A stretch of DNA of 64,000 nucleotides from Chitinophaga pinensis (GTDB taxonomy: Bacteria > Bacteroidota > Bacteroidia > NS11-12g > UBA955), in the NCBI GenBank assembly GCA_945871905.1, contig CAMBXL010000008.1:32143-96142 (forward strand), given 5' to 3'. The translations under genes and the position numbers were made by a program. Below, piece by piece: positions 39,960 to 50,308 of this stretch. Numbering within the stretch: the stretch's first letter is position 1; each line of letters starts with the position of its first letter. The notes under the pieces were generated by a model. The model was not told the origin of the DNA. It ran no database searches and saw only the letters and a list, made by a program, of their open reading frames with translations.

Positions 39960-40088
39960 AGGGAAATAGTGGATAGTCCGAATAGCTATCGGGAAATGGT
40001 TTCACGCCATTCAGCGTGTGGTTAATAGTTTTAAAAATCTTCAATCTTTACGTTCTATTGATATCTAAAGAGTAAAACCCAAATAGAA

Positions 40089-42941
40089 TTATAACCCAAT
40101 CGATTTATATAAAATATCGTGGATTTTGATGCGGTAATTTCCGTTTATTAGTTCCTTGTTTTCCTCATCAGGACAAATGCGATTACTTAAAAACACAAAT
40201 ACCAAATTATATTTAGGGTCGGCCCAAGCACATGTACCTGTAAAGCCCGTATGGCCAAATGTCAATGGACTGCCAAAAATACTTGCAGGACTTGTATTGC
40301 CACTAAAATCGGGTTTGTCAAATCCCAATCCACGACGGCTGTCTCCTCTTTGATAGGCAGTAAACCTTTGTATTGTTGATGATTTAATGTATTCTTTGCC
40401 TTTGTATGTGCCACCATCATTAATCATTAGCATCAATTGTGCTAGGTCTTGAGCATTCGAGAAAACTCCCGCATGTCCACTAACTCCTCCCAACATTGCT
40501 GCCCCTGGGTCGTGAACATAGCCGCAAATTTCTTGTTGCCTAAACAATCGGTCCATTTGTGTAGGTGCAATGTTGTTGCGATCATGTATTTTCCATGGAT
40601 TATATCCCATGCTATTGAGTTGCATCGGTTTGTAAAAATGTGTTGAAACATACTCGTCTAATGCTTGTCCTGTAATATTTTCAACGACTAATTGCATCAA
40701 CATTAACCCCAAATCACTGTAGCGATAGACTCTTGATTCAAGTGGTGAAGTAAAAATTCTTTTGTAAAGTGTGTCTTTGTTTGCTTTGAGCATAAAGAAA
40801 TTATCAGCTACTTTAATGCAATAGGCTGAATCTTCTTTAGCGCAATAAATACTATCAATAAATGGCAAGGTCTCTTTGTAAAAGGGAATCCATGCCTTTA
40901 GACCAGCTCTGTGTTGAAGCACTTCGCTGATAACAAGTGAACCTTTGTTTGTTCCTATGGCTTGTGGCACATAGTCGCCTATGGTTTTGTTTAAATCCAA
41001 GCGCCCTTCGTCAAAAAGTTTCATAACAGCCAATGTAGTAGAGGCTATTTTAGTAATAGAGGCAATGTCGTAAATAGTTTGTTCGTTTACTCTTGTAGAT
41101 TTGTCATAATTGAGATGTCCAAATGATTTGTTGTAAATAACTTGACCATCTTTAATCGCAATAATTCGACATCCCGGCGCTCCTTTTTTGTCAATTAATT
41201 GAGAAACAATAGGGTCTATGTCTTTTAATATGGTAGAATCCACCCCTAAAGCGTTGGCTTTGTAGTTTTTGGTTGTTGGTAGATTTATTGTTGGAGTTTG
41301 TGGGGTAATAAAAACAGGTAAGGTTCCAACAGGTTTGATGATGCCATAAAGAACATCTGCACTTGCTTTCTGAAAATAACTTAAGTCTTCGTAGGCATTA
41401 ATTAAGGTTATATTTTTGTTGAACTTTGCCAATACATAAGGATTTGCAAAATTCACAACGATTAATTTCTTTTTGTTGGCCAATTGGTTGATAAATTGAA
41501 TATCGGTGTTTTCAAAACCTGCCGTTTGTTGATTCCATACTTTGGGTTGGTGCAAACTAATAATAACCTGTTTGTATTCGCTAAGGCTAATAATGGCTTG
41601 GTTTTGTTTGCTAAGCGGACTGCCTTTAGCCAAACGAATGACTTTAACATTGTCGTGTTTTTTGAGGTATTCACTCCACATAGATTGGTCTAAATCACCT
41701 ATTGTGACAAGTGCGGTTTTCTCATTCTTATTAATCGGAATTAAGTTTTTACTGTCTGAGAATAAGGTAATGGTTTGATTGGCTATCGATTGAATAAGGG
41801 CTTCATTTTCTTTGCCTTGCAAATCAATCGTTAATGAATCAAGGTCGATTGGGGCGTAGTTGTTTAAACCTGCAAATTCTTTCCATTTTAGTATTTTTCT
41901 GACCCTGTGGTTCAATTCGTCTTCAGAAATTTGCGCATTTAAAATAGCGGATTTTATGAGTTCAAATGCCAAGGGTACATTTTCGCTAAAAAGCAAAACA
42001 TCGTTTCCTGCCAAAAAAGCTTCAAGGTCAACATAACCTGGGGCAAAGTGTTTGGCAACGCCTTTCATATTCAGCGCATCTGTAAAAACAAGACCTTCAA
42101 ACTTCATGGTTTGTTTCAATAAAGTATCAATAACAAATTTAGAAAGAGAAGTCGAGCGGTTTGGTCTGTTGTCCAAAGCGGGATATTGAAGGTGTGCAAC
42201 CATGATGGAGGCCACTCCATTTTTTATTAATTCTCTAAATGGATAAAGCTCTAAAGTGTCAAGCTCTGCTAATGTTTTGTTTACAACAGGCAAGTCCTTG
42301 TGAGAATCTATAGAAACGTCACCGTGGCCAGGAAAATGTTTGGCACAAGAGAGAACACCTTCGCTGAGCATTCCATTGCTGTAGGCGGTTCCAAACTTTG
42401 CTACTTTTTCTTTTTTATCACCAAAGGCCCTGAAGCCAATAATGGGATTGTTTGGATTGTTGTTGATATCAATATCTGGGGCAAAGTTGATATGAATACC
42501 TAGTCGTTTACATTGTTTTGCCAAGGCAGAACCGTATTGAAAAACCAGAGAATCATTAGGTAAAGCCCCTAAAGTGATGGCATACGGAAACTTTTGAGTG
42601 TTTTGCAAACGCATAGAAAGTCCCCATTCTCCGTCAATTCCAATCATTAGAGGCGTGTTTGAAAGAGATTGGTAGTAATTGGTTAAATACGCTTGTTTAA
42701 GAGGACTGTTTTGAAAAAAAATCAATCCTCCGATGTGGTATTTTAAAATTAACTCTTCTATTTGTGCGGTGTGACTTGCTTCTTTGTTTGAATAGGCTGC
42801 CACCATAAATAACTGACCGATTTTTTCGTCGATTGTCATTTTTTTCAATTGGTGGTCATACCAAAAATCGGCATCTTGTGCATTGGATTTGAGGGCACAA
42901 AATAGGAGAGAGGCAAAAAGAACAAATCTATAGATAGTCAA
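40089..42941 (-). CDS. GH3 beta-N-acetylglucosaminidase fused to a beta-lactamase-family serine hydrolase
   Basis: IGIDGEWG, NFAPDID, KHFPGHGD, FTDALNM; C-terminal DIASITK (SxxK), YSDLG, GHTGFTG. Confidence 0.92.
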   Translation of the reverse strand: MTIYRFVLFASLLFCALKSNAQDADFWYDHQLKKMTIDEKIGQLFMVAAYSNKEASHTAQIEELILKYHIGGLIFFQNSPLKQAYLTNYYQSLSNTPLMIGIDGEWGLSMRLQNTQKFPYAITLGALPNDSLVFQYGSALAKQCKRLGIHINFAPDIDINNNPNNPIIGFRAFGDKKEKVAKFGTAYSNGMLSEGVLSCAKHFPGHGDVSIDSHKDLPVVNKTLAELDTLELYPFRELIKNGVASIMVAHLQYPALDNRPNRSTSLSKFVIDTLLKQTMKFEGLVFTDALNMKGVAKHFAPGYVDLEAFLAGNDVLLFSENVPLAFELIKSAILNAQISEDELNHRVRKILKWKEFAGLNNYAPIDLDSLTIDLQGKENEALIQSIANQTITLFSDSKNLIPINKNEKTALVTIGDLDQSMWSEYLKKHDNVKVIRLAKGSPLSKQNQAIISLSEYKQVIISLHQPKVWNQQTAGFENTDIQFINQLANKKKLIVVNFANPYVLAKFNKNITLINAYEDLSYFQKASADVLYGIIKPVGTLPVFITPQTPTINLPTTKNYKANALGVDSTILKDIDPIVSQLIDKKGAPGCRIIAIKDGQVIYNKSFGHLNYDKSTRVNEQTIYDIASITKIASTTLAVMKLFDEGRLDLNKTIGDYVPQAIGTNKGSLVISEVLQHRAGLKAWIPFYKETLPFIDSIYCAKEDSAYCIKVADNFFMLKANKDTLYKRIFTSPLESRVYRYSDLGLMLMQLVVENITGQALDEYVSTHFYKPMQLNSMGYNPWKIHDRNNIAPTQMDRLFRQQEICGYVHDPGAAMLGGVSGHAGVFSNAQDLAQLMLMINDGGTYKGKEYIKSSTIQRFTAYQRGDSRRGLGFDKPDFSGNTSPASIFGSPLTFGHTGFTGTCAWADPKYNLVFVFLSNRICPDEENKELINGNYRIKIHDILYKSIGL

Positions 42942-42955
42942 TTTTTAAAAAAGGG

Positions 42956-43723
42956 CTAAAAGTTTGGCTTACGTTTGTTTAAGAAAGCATCGGTACCTTC
43001 CTTAAAATCATTGGTACCAAAAGCGTGCCCAAATTCATTAATTTCAGTTTCAAAACCATTTTTAGAGTGGTCGAAATGGTCATTTACACATCTTATAACC
43101 TTTGCAATAGCCATAGGAGATTTAGTTTTTAGTTTGTTTAAAATTTCAAAACATCTAGGCAGCAAATCTTCGATAGGCACTACATCATTTACCAAACGGT
43201 ATTCCAATGCTTCATTGGCAGAAATAGCATCGGCACTTAATAAAAGTTCCATTGCTTTGCCCTTGCCTACCAATTGTATTAATCTTTGAGTGCCACCGTA
43301 ACCCGGAGGAACTCCTAGGTTAACCTCAGGCTGACCGAATTTAGCATTTTCAGAGGCAATTCTAAGGTGACAAGCCATAGCAAGTTCGCAACCACCACCC
43401 AAAGCGAACCCATTAACGGCAGCAATGACAGGTTTGCTAGATTGTTCAATTGTATTCATTACAGCATGGCCATCGGCAGACATTTTACGACCTTGTTCTT
43501 CGTTGAAGTTGACAAACTCTGAGATATCAGCACCAGCAGCAAAGGCTTTAGAACCACTTCCTGTGATGATAATGCCTTTAACTTCTGTGTCATTTTGTGC
43601 CGCAGACACAGCTTGTTTTATTTCTTGTAAAGTTTCAATATTCAAAGCATTGAGTTTACTTTCTCTATTGATAGTAATAGTTTGTATGTGATGTTCAGTA
43701 ACGGTTAGTATATTGTTGTACAT
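42956..43723 (-). CDS. Enoyl-CoA hydratase/isomerase family protein
   Basis: AFAAGADI, AVNGFALGGGCELAMAC, FGQPEVNLG..PGYGGTQRL. Confidence 0.92.
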   Translation of the reverse strand: MYNNILTVTEHHIQTITINRESKLNALNIETLQEIKQAVSAAQNDTEVKGIIITGSGSKAFAAGADISEFVNFNEEQGRKMSADGHAVMNTIEQSSKPVIAAVNGFALGGGCELAMACHLRIASENAKFGQPEVNLGVPPGYGGTQRLIQLVGKGKAMELLLSADAISANEALEYRLVNDVVPIEDLLPRCFEILNKLKTKSPMAIAKVIRCVNDHFDHSKNGFETEINEFGHAFGTNDFKEGTDAFLNKRKPNF

Positions 43724-43768
43724 AGTGTTGCAAATTTAAGTTAAAAACTGTAATGTTGTAAAAAACTC

Positions 43769-44941
43769 ATGAATAAACTGCGATTTTATCTATTTCTACT
43801 TCATTTTTTCAGTCTGTCTTTGGTATTACAATCTCAATCTGTGAAGTCGATTGTTAAAAATGTTAAGAAAAATCAAAAGTCATACAAAGCTTATGAATTA
43901 AAATATGAATCGAATTTTAAGTTTTTTGACCATAGTGATACAGATTTTTATTATGTTCATCAAAAAGCCAAGCATACACTAGGTGCAATGGATTTAGGGT
44001 GGGAATTGAAAACGAATTCAAAAGATACTATTTTAAATGCCTATGATGGCAATCAAATAGTTTACAAATCTAATTATGCGAATGTCTATTATTTGTCAAC
44101 TTTGAAAGAGTCATTGAAGCAATTTAGCTATCAAAAAAATAACTTAACCTACATTCCTATTCGTTATAAAATTAATTACAAGGAGTTTGAATTGGCAGAT
44201 ATAAGTGAGCAATATTATATTTTAAAAGAAACAGATTCTTCAAAGGATGAAACTTTAGATATTGCCTCAACGATGTTGACGATTTTACATGTCAACAAAC
44301 AAACCTATTTTATTGATACCTTTCAACAGTGGTTTTGGATGACAGGGCAGGTTCAATACAATAAATTGGTTTTAAAGTCGATACAAAGTCTGAACAAAAC
44401 GGAAGTTAATAAATTGGAAAAAGAGGTAGATTCACTCAAACGTCAATTAAGAACTTATGTAAATGGAGATTCTTTGTGGAAAGCGAACCGAAAAGATGAA
44501 AAGAAATTGATAGAAAAAGGAGATAGTTTGCCTTTGTTTAAAGCCAAAGTTTATGCAAGCAATGATTCTTTCTTTTTCTCTGTCCCTAAGGATTCTATCG
44601 TAATCTTAGATTTCTTTTACACTTCGTGTGGTCCATGTATTGCCGCCATTCCTCACCTTAAGGAAATAGACAGTTTGTATAAAAACAAAGGTGTTGCAGT
44701 AATGGGAATGAACCCCATGAAAAATGATTATCCCAGATTAGAACGGTTTGTCAAATACCACGGTATCAATTACCCAATTTTATTGGTAGAAAATGAAGTT
44801 GCAAGCAATCAGTTTGGTATAATCGGCTATCCCACATTGCTTATTATCAAAAACAACCAAGTCGTTTTTCAACAACAGGGCTTTTCAAAAGAATTAAAAG
44901 ACGTCATTATCAAAGAACTCAATCAACACATTAAGAATTAA
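43769..44941 (+). CDS. TlpA-family disulfide reductase with N-terminal extension
   Basis: Signal peptide, VILDFFYTSCGPC (CxxC), GYPTLLII. Confidence 0.8.
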   Translation: MNKLRFYLFLLHFFSLSLVLQSQSVKSIVKNVKKNQKSYKAYELKYESNFKFFDHSDTDFYYVHQKAKHTLGAMDLGWELKTNSKDTILNAYDGNQIVYKSNYANVYYLSTLKESLKQFSYQKNNLTYIPIRYKINYKEFELADISEQYYILKETDSSKDETLDIASTMLTILHVNKQTYFIDTFQQWFWMTGQVQYNKLVLKSIQSLNKTEVNKLEKEVDSLKRQLRTYVNGDSLWKANRKDEKKLIEKGDSLPLFKAKVYASNDSFFFSVPKDSIVILDFFYTSCGPCIAAIPHLKEIDSLYKNKGVAVMGMNPMKNDYPRLERFVKYHGINYPILLVENEVASNQFGIIGYPTLLIIKNNQVVFQQQGFSKELKDVIIKELNQHIKN

Positions 44942-44943
44942 AT

Positions 44944-45582
44944 ATGTATTTTTCTCCAATTTTTCATGGCCTTTGGCAAGGATTTTTCATCAGTATTTTA
45001 TTGTTTGGGCCTGCTTTTTTCAAGTTAATACACACCAGTATTCAAGATGGGTTTAAGAAAGGTGTTTTTTTGGCTTCGGGTGTCTTTTTCAGTGATTTGT
45101 TGATTGCAATGCTATGTGTATTTGGGGTTGCTGATTTTATGCAAGAACCTGCCTTCCAAAAACTATACAGTTTGATAGGAGGAGTGTTGCTAGTGATGAT
45201 GGGGGTTAAGTCGGTACGACATCAATACAAGGCATTTTTGAAATCTTATTCAGAACGTGTACCTCCAAGTAAAAATATTTTCAATGGATTTTGGTTAAAT
45301 CTAATCAATCCTTTTACCTTGATATTGTGGTTAAATGTTTTGGGGTCTATAAGCTTGAAATACGCAGGAGAGGCAGAATATAAGGCATTATTAACCGTTA
45401 ATTTAATAACTATCTTATTGGTATTGTTTTTAATGGATGTTCTAAAAGTGTTTTTATCACATTTGATTGGCAAGAAATTAAATTCTAGGATATTTTTCAC
45501 CATTAATAAGTATTTCGGGATTTTATTAGTCCTCATTGGTGCAGGATTTTTGGCACGATTTATCACATTGGTGATTAAATAA
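44944..45582 (+). CDS. LysE family translocator
   Basis: FGPAFFKLIHTSIQ.GF..G..LA.GV..SD, GFWLNLINP. Confidence 0.8.
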   Translation: MYFSPIFHGLWQGFFISILLFGPAFFKLIHTSIQDGFKKGVFLASGVFFSDLLIAMLCVFGVADFMQEPAFQKLYSLIGGVLLVMMGVKSVRHQYKAFLKSYSERVPPSKNIFNGFWLNLINPFTLILWLNVLGSISLKYAGEAEYKALLTVNLITILLVLFLMDVLKVFLSHLIGKKLNSRIFFTINKYFGILLVLIGAGFLARFITLVIK

Positions 45583-45652
45583 GTAGCCTTATTAAAAGAT
45601 TTTTTTAAAATATCATAATTAATGAATATTATTGCCCTAAATAAAAAAAGAT

Positions 45653-47065
45653 ATGAGTTCAAATAATACAGTTATTGATGCGATTGAGAAACAGGGAACT
45701 GTTTTCGGTCATCCCAAAGGTTTGTTTTTGTTGTTTTTTACTGAATTATGGGAAAGATTCAGTTATTACGGAATGCGTGGTATATTGATGCTTTACATGA
45801 CCAAATTATGGGCAGAAAATGGTTTAAACATTCCCGAAGATTCAGCTTCTCTTATTTATGGAACATTTACAGGCTTTGTTTATTTTACTCCATTGTTAGG
45901 TGGTTGGATTGCGGATAAATTTATTGGTCAAAGAATGGCAATTACTATAGGTGGTTTAACCATGGCAGCAGGACAGTTGACTTTGTTTGCTATGGGTAAC
46001 CATGCAGGTTTAGTTATTGGTTTGGTTTTATTAGTGATTGGAAATGGATTTTTTAAGCCTAATATTTCAACCATAGTTGGTCAATTGTACCGCGAAGGAG
46101 ACGAAAAAAGAGATTCAGCATTTTCGATTTTTTACATGGGGATTAACTTGGGTGCTTTATTAGCTCCTTTGGTTTGTGGTTTCCTTGCCGAAGAATACTT
46201 CGCTGTTAAAAGTGCAGATGGAACTGCTATTCTTTCTTATGGATTTAAATACGGGTTCCTAGCGGCAGCTATTGGAATGATAATGGGGCAAATTGCTTTT
46301 AATTTATTGTCCAAAAAATATCTTTTAACCATTGGTGAAAAACCAGTGAAACATGAAGAGGGTTCAGAAGAAAGTATCAAAAACAAAGCACCGTTAACCA
46401 AACAAGAAAAAGACAGAATTACAGTTATCTTTATTTTAACTGCATTGGTTATTTTCTTTTGGGCAGGTTTCGAACAAGCGGGTTCATCATTGACGCTATA
46501 TACTGATAAATATATTGACAGATCTGCTTTTGGAACAATTATTCCAACTACTTATTTCCAATCAGTAAATCCATTGTTCATAGTGTTGCTAGCTCCATTG
46601 TTTGCTTGGTTTTGGACATCTAAATTTGGTAAAAAATTAACCACACCTATCAAAATGAGTTTGGGTATGATTTTATTAGGCGTAGGTTTCTTGTTTATGA
46701 TTATTGCCACTGGTGAAGTCGTAAAAAGCGGTGCAGGAGATGCCGAAGTTGTGACACAGAAAGCTGCCTTAATCTGGTTATTATTTACTTATTTTTTCCA
46801 TACAGTAGGGGAATTGTGTTTATCACCAGTAGGTTTATCAGTTGTTACCAAATTATCACCACCAAAATTAGCGTCATTGTTAATGGGTGTTTGGATGTTA
46901 TCGTCTGCGTTTGCCAATTGGATTGGTGGATTTGTGGCATCGTATGTCAACAGATTAGGTGCTGAAACGATTTTTTATTCAATAGCAATCTTTGTTATTG
47001 TTCTTGGTTTGTTAATGTTACTATTAGCGAAAAAACTAAGTTCAATGATGCATGGTGTCAAATAA
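45653..47065 (+). CDS. POT family proton-dependent oligopeptide transporter
   Basis: HPKGL, ELWERFSYYGMR, GNGFFKPNIS, FYMGINLG, GELCLSPVG. Confidence 0.95.
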   Translation: MSSNNTVIDAIEKQGTVFGHPKGLFLLFFTELWERFSYYGMRGILMLYMTKLWAENGLNIPEDSASLIYGTFTGFVYFTPLLGGWIADKFIGQRMAITIGGLTMAAGQLTLFAMGNHAGLVIGLVLLVIGNGFFKPNISTIVGQLYREGDEKRDSAFSIFYMGINLGALLAPLVCGFLAEEYFAVKSADGTAILSYGFKYGFLAAAIGMIMGQIAFNLLSKKYLLTIGEKPVKHEEGSEESIKNKAPLTKQEKDRITVIFILTALVIFFWAGFEQAGSSLTLYTDKYIDRSAFGTIIPTTYFQSVNPLFIVLLAPLFAWFWTSKFGKKLTTPIKMSLGMILLGVGFLFMIIATGEVVKSGAGDAEVVTQKAALIWLLFTYFFHTVGELCLSPVGLSVVTKLSPPKLASLLMGVWMLSSAFANWIGGFVASYVNRLGAETIFYSIAIFVIVLGLLMLLLAKKLSSMMHGVK

Positions 47066-47092
47066 ACGATAGTTTTAAAATAGTTAAATTAT

Positions 47093-47123
47093 AAAAAGTC
47101 CCGCTTTTAAGCGGGACTTTTTT
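47093..47123. terminator. Intrinsic terminator
   Basis: AAAAAGTCCCGCT-TTTA-AGCGGGACTTTTTT. Confidence 0.85.
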
Positions 47124-47364
47124 ATTGTATTAGGAATGGAGTTGTTTGCGCTCTTCTATTTCTCTCTCTTATGTTTCGGTCCTTCAGTGTATTCTTTGCC
47201 AGACTCTTTCTTTACGATAGAGTAATCGGTATAATCACTATAAGATTTGGAGTAAAAATCGTAAACATTTGAGAAAGGAGAAGCAGAAGTTGAGTGTAAG
47301 CGAAAAACTGTTGGAAAACTATCACCTTTCTCTAAAAAACACCTTGATTATAAACTTAAATCAA

Positions 47365-47937
47365 TTAATAATACTGGCATAATGCCAATCCAATCAGAAG
47401 AAACAACGCTTCACCACTAATAGATTTATTCCCTTCCTGTTTTTGAATGGATTGTTTAATTGATTTAATCGCTATGGTAATTTGATTTTCAACCGTTTTG
47501 GGAGTAATGCCCATTATTGCCCCAATTTCTTTGTTACTTAATTGTTCTTTTCGGCTCAAAATGAAAATTTGTTTACACTTGCGGGGTAACTTGTCAATGG
47601 TTTTAAAAATTAGTTGTTCCATTTCTTTGCCTTCCATCTGTTGTAAAACGTTAGCATTGTTATTGGGGATTGACATAAACACATCTGTTTGTTCAAACAC
47701 CATTCTTTTTTTCTTCAAAAAATTAATGCTTTTGTTTTTTACAACCGTGTATAAGTATGATTTAATAGAATCATCTAACGCAAGTTGATCGCGTTTTTCC
47801 CATAGGGCTATAAAAGCATCATTTACAATTTCGCTAGCATCTTCTTCATTTTTAACATATTGCAAGCAAAACCAATGCAACGCTGAATGCCATTTTTTAA
47901 AAAGTGTTTCAATATGTTGATACTCAGCGCTGCTAAT
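47365..47937 (-). CDS. ECF sigma-70 factor (Bacteroidota type); start codon uncertain
   Basis: EEDASEIVNDAFIALWEKR (region 2), LP.KCKQIF.LSR..QLSNKEI..IMGI..KTVENQI (region 4). First canonical start is TTG at 47880, but the frame is open to 47949. Confidence 0.85.
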   Translation of the reverse strand: MSSAEYQHIETLFKKWHSALHWFCLQYVKNEEDASEIVNDAFIALWEKRDQLALDDSIKSYLYTVVKNKSINFLKKKRMVFEQTDVFMSIPNNNANVLQQMEGKEMEQLIFKTIDKLPRKCKQIFILSRKEQLSNKEIGAIMGITPKTVENQITIAIKSIKQSIQKQEGNKSISGEALFLLIGLALCQYY

Positions 47938-47981
47938 AGTTTTGTTTAGTTAAGGCGTTGTTACAATGTATGAAAAACAGG

Positions 47982-50180
47982 CTAGTTGGCCATGTCGCTG
48001 ATAAATTGAAGGCGCATTAGTTGTAATTCTTCATAGGTAAAATCATTGTCGAAAGCATTTACCGCTTGGTCCAAATCATCTTCTTCTTGTGATTTAAAGT
48101 AGCTGAATATTTCCTCTTGGTATTCTTCTTCTATGATTTCGTCAATGCAGTATCTTAAGTCCAAGCTAGTACCATTAGTCACCATTTGCTCAAGTTCTTC
48201 CATTAATTCTTCATAACTCATGCCATTACTTCTGGCAATATCCTCAAGCGCCATTTTTTTGTCAATATTTAAAATGATGGCAATTTTCTTTTTCGATTTT
48301 TCACCTGATGTTTTTACAACTACATCCAATGGACGGTCAATGTTATTTTTCTTAACATAATCTTCAATGTATTCTATGAAAATTTGACCATATTTTTGAG
48401 CTTTGTTTTTTCCAACCCCATGAATTTTTTCTAACTCGTCCATAGAAATAGGATAGCGTGTTGCCATGTCATCTAGGGAAGGGTCTCCAAATATAACATA
48501 AGGAGGAAGCCCTACTTGTTTGGAAACTTTTTTTCTTAAATCCTTCAGTTCACGCATTAACACCACGTCAGCAATACTGTCCATTACTGCGTTTTCAAAA
48601 TCATCATCAGTTACGAATTGGAATTCGGTATCCATAGCCATTGCATAATTTTTTGGAGATTTAATGGCATTTAATCCTTCTTTGGTTAAACTAATTAGGC
48701 CATATTTTTCGATATTCTTATGGATAAAATTATTAAGTAACCCTATGCGAATAATCCCTTTCCAAAATACCTTGTCTTTGTCTTTCCCGACCCCAAACAT
48801 TGGTAATTTATCATGACCGTGGTCTTTAACCGAATCGCTTTTTTTGCCAATAATGAAGTTAACAACATGCGATATCGGCATTTCACTTTTAAGTGAATCT
48901 ATGGATTGTAAACCGATAACCACTTCATTTGTTACATCTGTTTTTGGTTTAGGGTGACGACAATTATCGCACATTTTATTGCAATTTTCCTCTTCAAAAC
49001 TCTCGCCGAAGTAATTTAATAAGGTACGTCTTCTGCATTGGGAGCTTTCGGCAAATGCACTGGTTTCGTCTAGCAAAAGTGTTCCAATTTCTCTTTCAGC
49101 AACGGGCTTGTCTTTCATAAACTTCTCAAGCTTTTCAATATCGCTTGGGTTGTAAAACAAAATACAGTCGCCTTCCATACCATCTCTTCCGCCTCTACCA
49201 GTTTCTTGGTAATAGCCTTCCAAACTTTTGGGAACGTCAAAGTGCATCACAAAACGAACATCAGGTTTGTCAATACCCATCCCAAAGGCAATAGTAGCCA
49301 CTATAACGTGACAATCTTCCATAAGGAAGGCATCTTGATTGTGAACACGGGTTTTGGCATCCAATCCTGCATGGTAGGGAAGCGCTTTAATGCCGTTCAA
49401 GTTGAGCATTTCAGCAATTTCTTCCACACGTTTACGACTTAAGCAATAGATAATTCCTGACTTTTCAGGTCTATTTTTTATAATGGTAATAATGTCTTTA
49501 AATACTTTTTCTTTGCTACCCTTTGGGCGAACCTCATAATATAAGTTGTCTCTGTTAAAAGAAGATTTATAAACTTTGGCAGATAGCATGCCTAAGTTTT
49601 TTTGAATATCGCTTTGAACTTTAGGTGTAGCAGTTGCAGTTAGAGCAATCATAGGAACATCGTTAATGGCTTTTACCATTTCTTTTATTCTTCTGTATTC
49701 TGGCCTGAAATCATGTCCCCATTCACTGATACAATGCGCTTCATCTATAGCAACAAAAGAGATTTCCATGCTTTTTAGGAACTCTATTGTTTCTTCTTTC
49801 TTTAAAGTTTCAGGTGCTATGTAAAGAAGTTTTGTGTTTTTTTGTTGCATATCTTCCTTCACTTTAGTGATTTCTGTTTTGGAAAGCGAAGAGTTTAAAA
49901 AGTGAGCTATGTTGTCGTTCTCGCCAAAACCTCTGATACTATCAACCTGATTTTTCATTAAAGCAATTAGGGGAGAAATAATGATAGCAGTTCCGGGCAA
50001 CATTAATGCTGGAAGCTGATAACACAAGGATTTTCCGGCTCCTGTTGGCATAATTACAAAACAGTCTTCACCTCTTAAAACACTATTAATTACGTCTTCT
50101 TGATTTCCTTTAAATCCATCAAAGCCAAAAAATTCTTTGAGTGCTAATTTTGCATCTAACTTAGATTGGGTACTGGTCAT
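47982..50180 (-). CDS. recQ: ATP-dependent DNA helicase RecQ
   Basis: MPTGAGKSLCYQ, DEAHCISEWGHDFRP, YYQETGRGGRDG, Zn-binding Cys cluster, HRDC domain. Confidence 0.97.
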   Translation of the reverse strand: MTSTQSKLDAKLALKEFFGFDGFKGNQEDVINSVLRGEDCFVIMPTGAGKSLCYQLPALMLPGTAIIISPLIALMKNQVDSIRGFGENDNIAHFLNSSLSKTEITKVKEDMQQKNTKLLYIAPETLKKEETIEFLKSMEISFVAIDEAHCISEWGHDFRPEYRRIKEMVKAINDVPMIALTATATPKVQSDIQKNLGMLSAKVYKSSFNRDNLYYEVRPKGSKEKVFKDIITIIKNRPEKSGIIYCLSRKRVEEIAEMLNLNGIKALPYHAGLDAKTRVHNQDAFLMEDCHVIVATIAFGMGIDKPDVRFVMHFDVPKSLEGYYQETGRGGRDGMEGDCILFYNPSDIEKLEKFMKDKPVAEREIGTLLLDETSAFAESSQCRRRTLLNYFGESFEEENCNKMCDNCRHPKPKTDVTNEVVIGLQSIDSLKSEMPISHVVNFIIGKKSDSVKDHGHDKLPMFGVGKDKDKVFWKGIIRIGLLNNFIHKNIEKYGLISLTKEGLNAIKSPKNYAMAMDTEFQFVTDDDFENAVMDSIADVVLMRELKDLRKKVSKQVGLPPYVIFGDPSLDDMATRYPISMDELEKIHGVGKNKAQKYGQIFIEYIEDYVKKNNIDRPLDVVVKTSGEKSKKKIAIILNIDKKMALEDIARSNGMSYEELMEELEQMVTNGTSLDLRYCIDEIIEEEYQEEIFSYFKSQEEDDLDQAVNAFDNDFTYEELQLMRLQFISDMAN

Positions 50181-50308
50181 TTTTTTTATTTTTTTATCGT
50201 CTGAAATAGTACACTAAATTAATATGGAGCAAACCATATTACCAAATCTTTTTTTAATAAATTTTTAGTATCATTTTTTAAGTTAAATTTGCAGGCATTT
50301 AATCATTC

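Noticed and set aside
40089-42941. GH3/beta-lactamase fusion as a novelty or resistance gene
   Set aside because: This fusion is a common Bacteroidota architecture linked to peptidoglycan recycling, with no evidence of a resistance role
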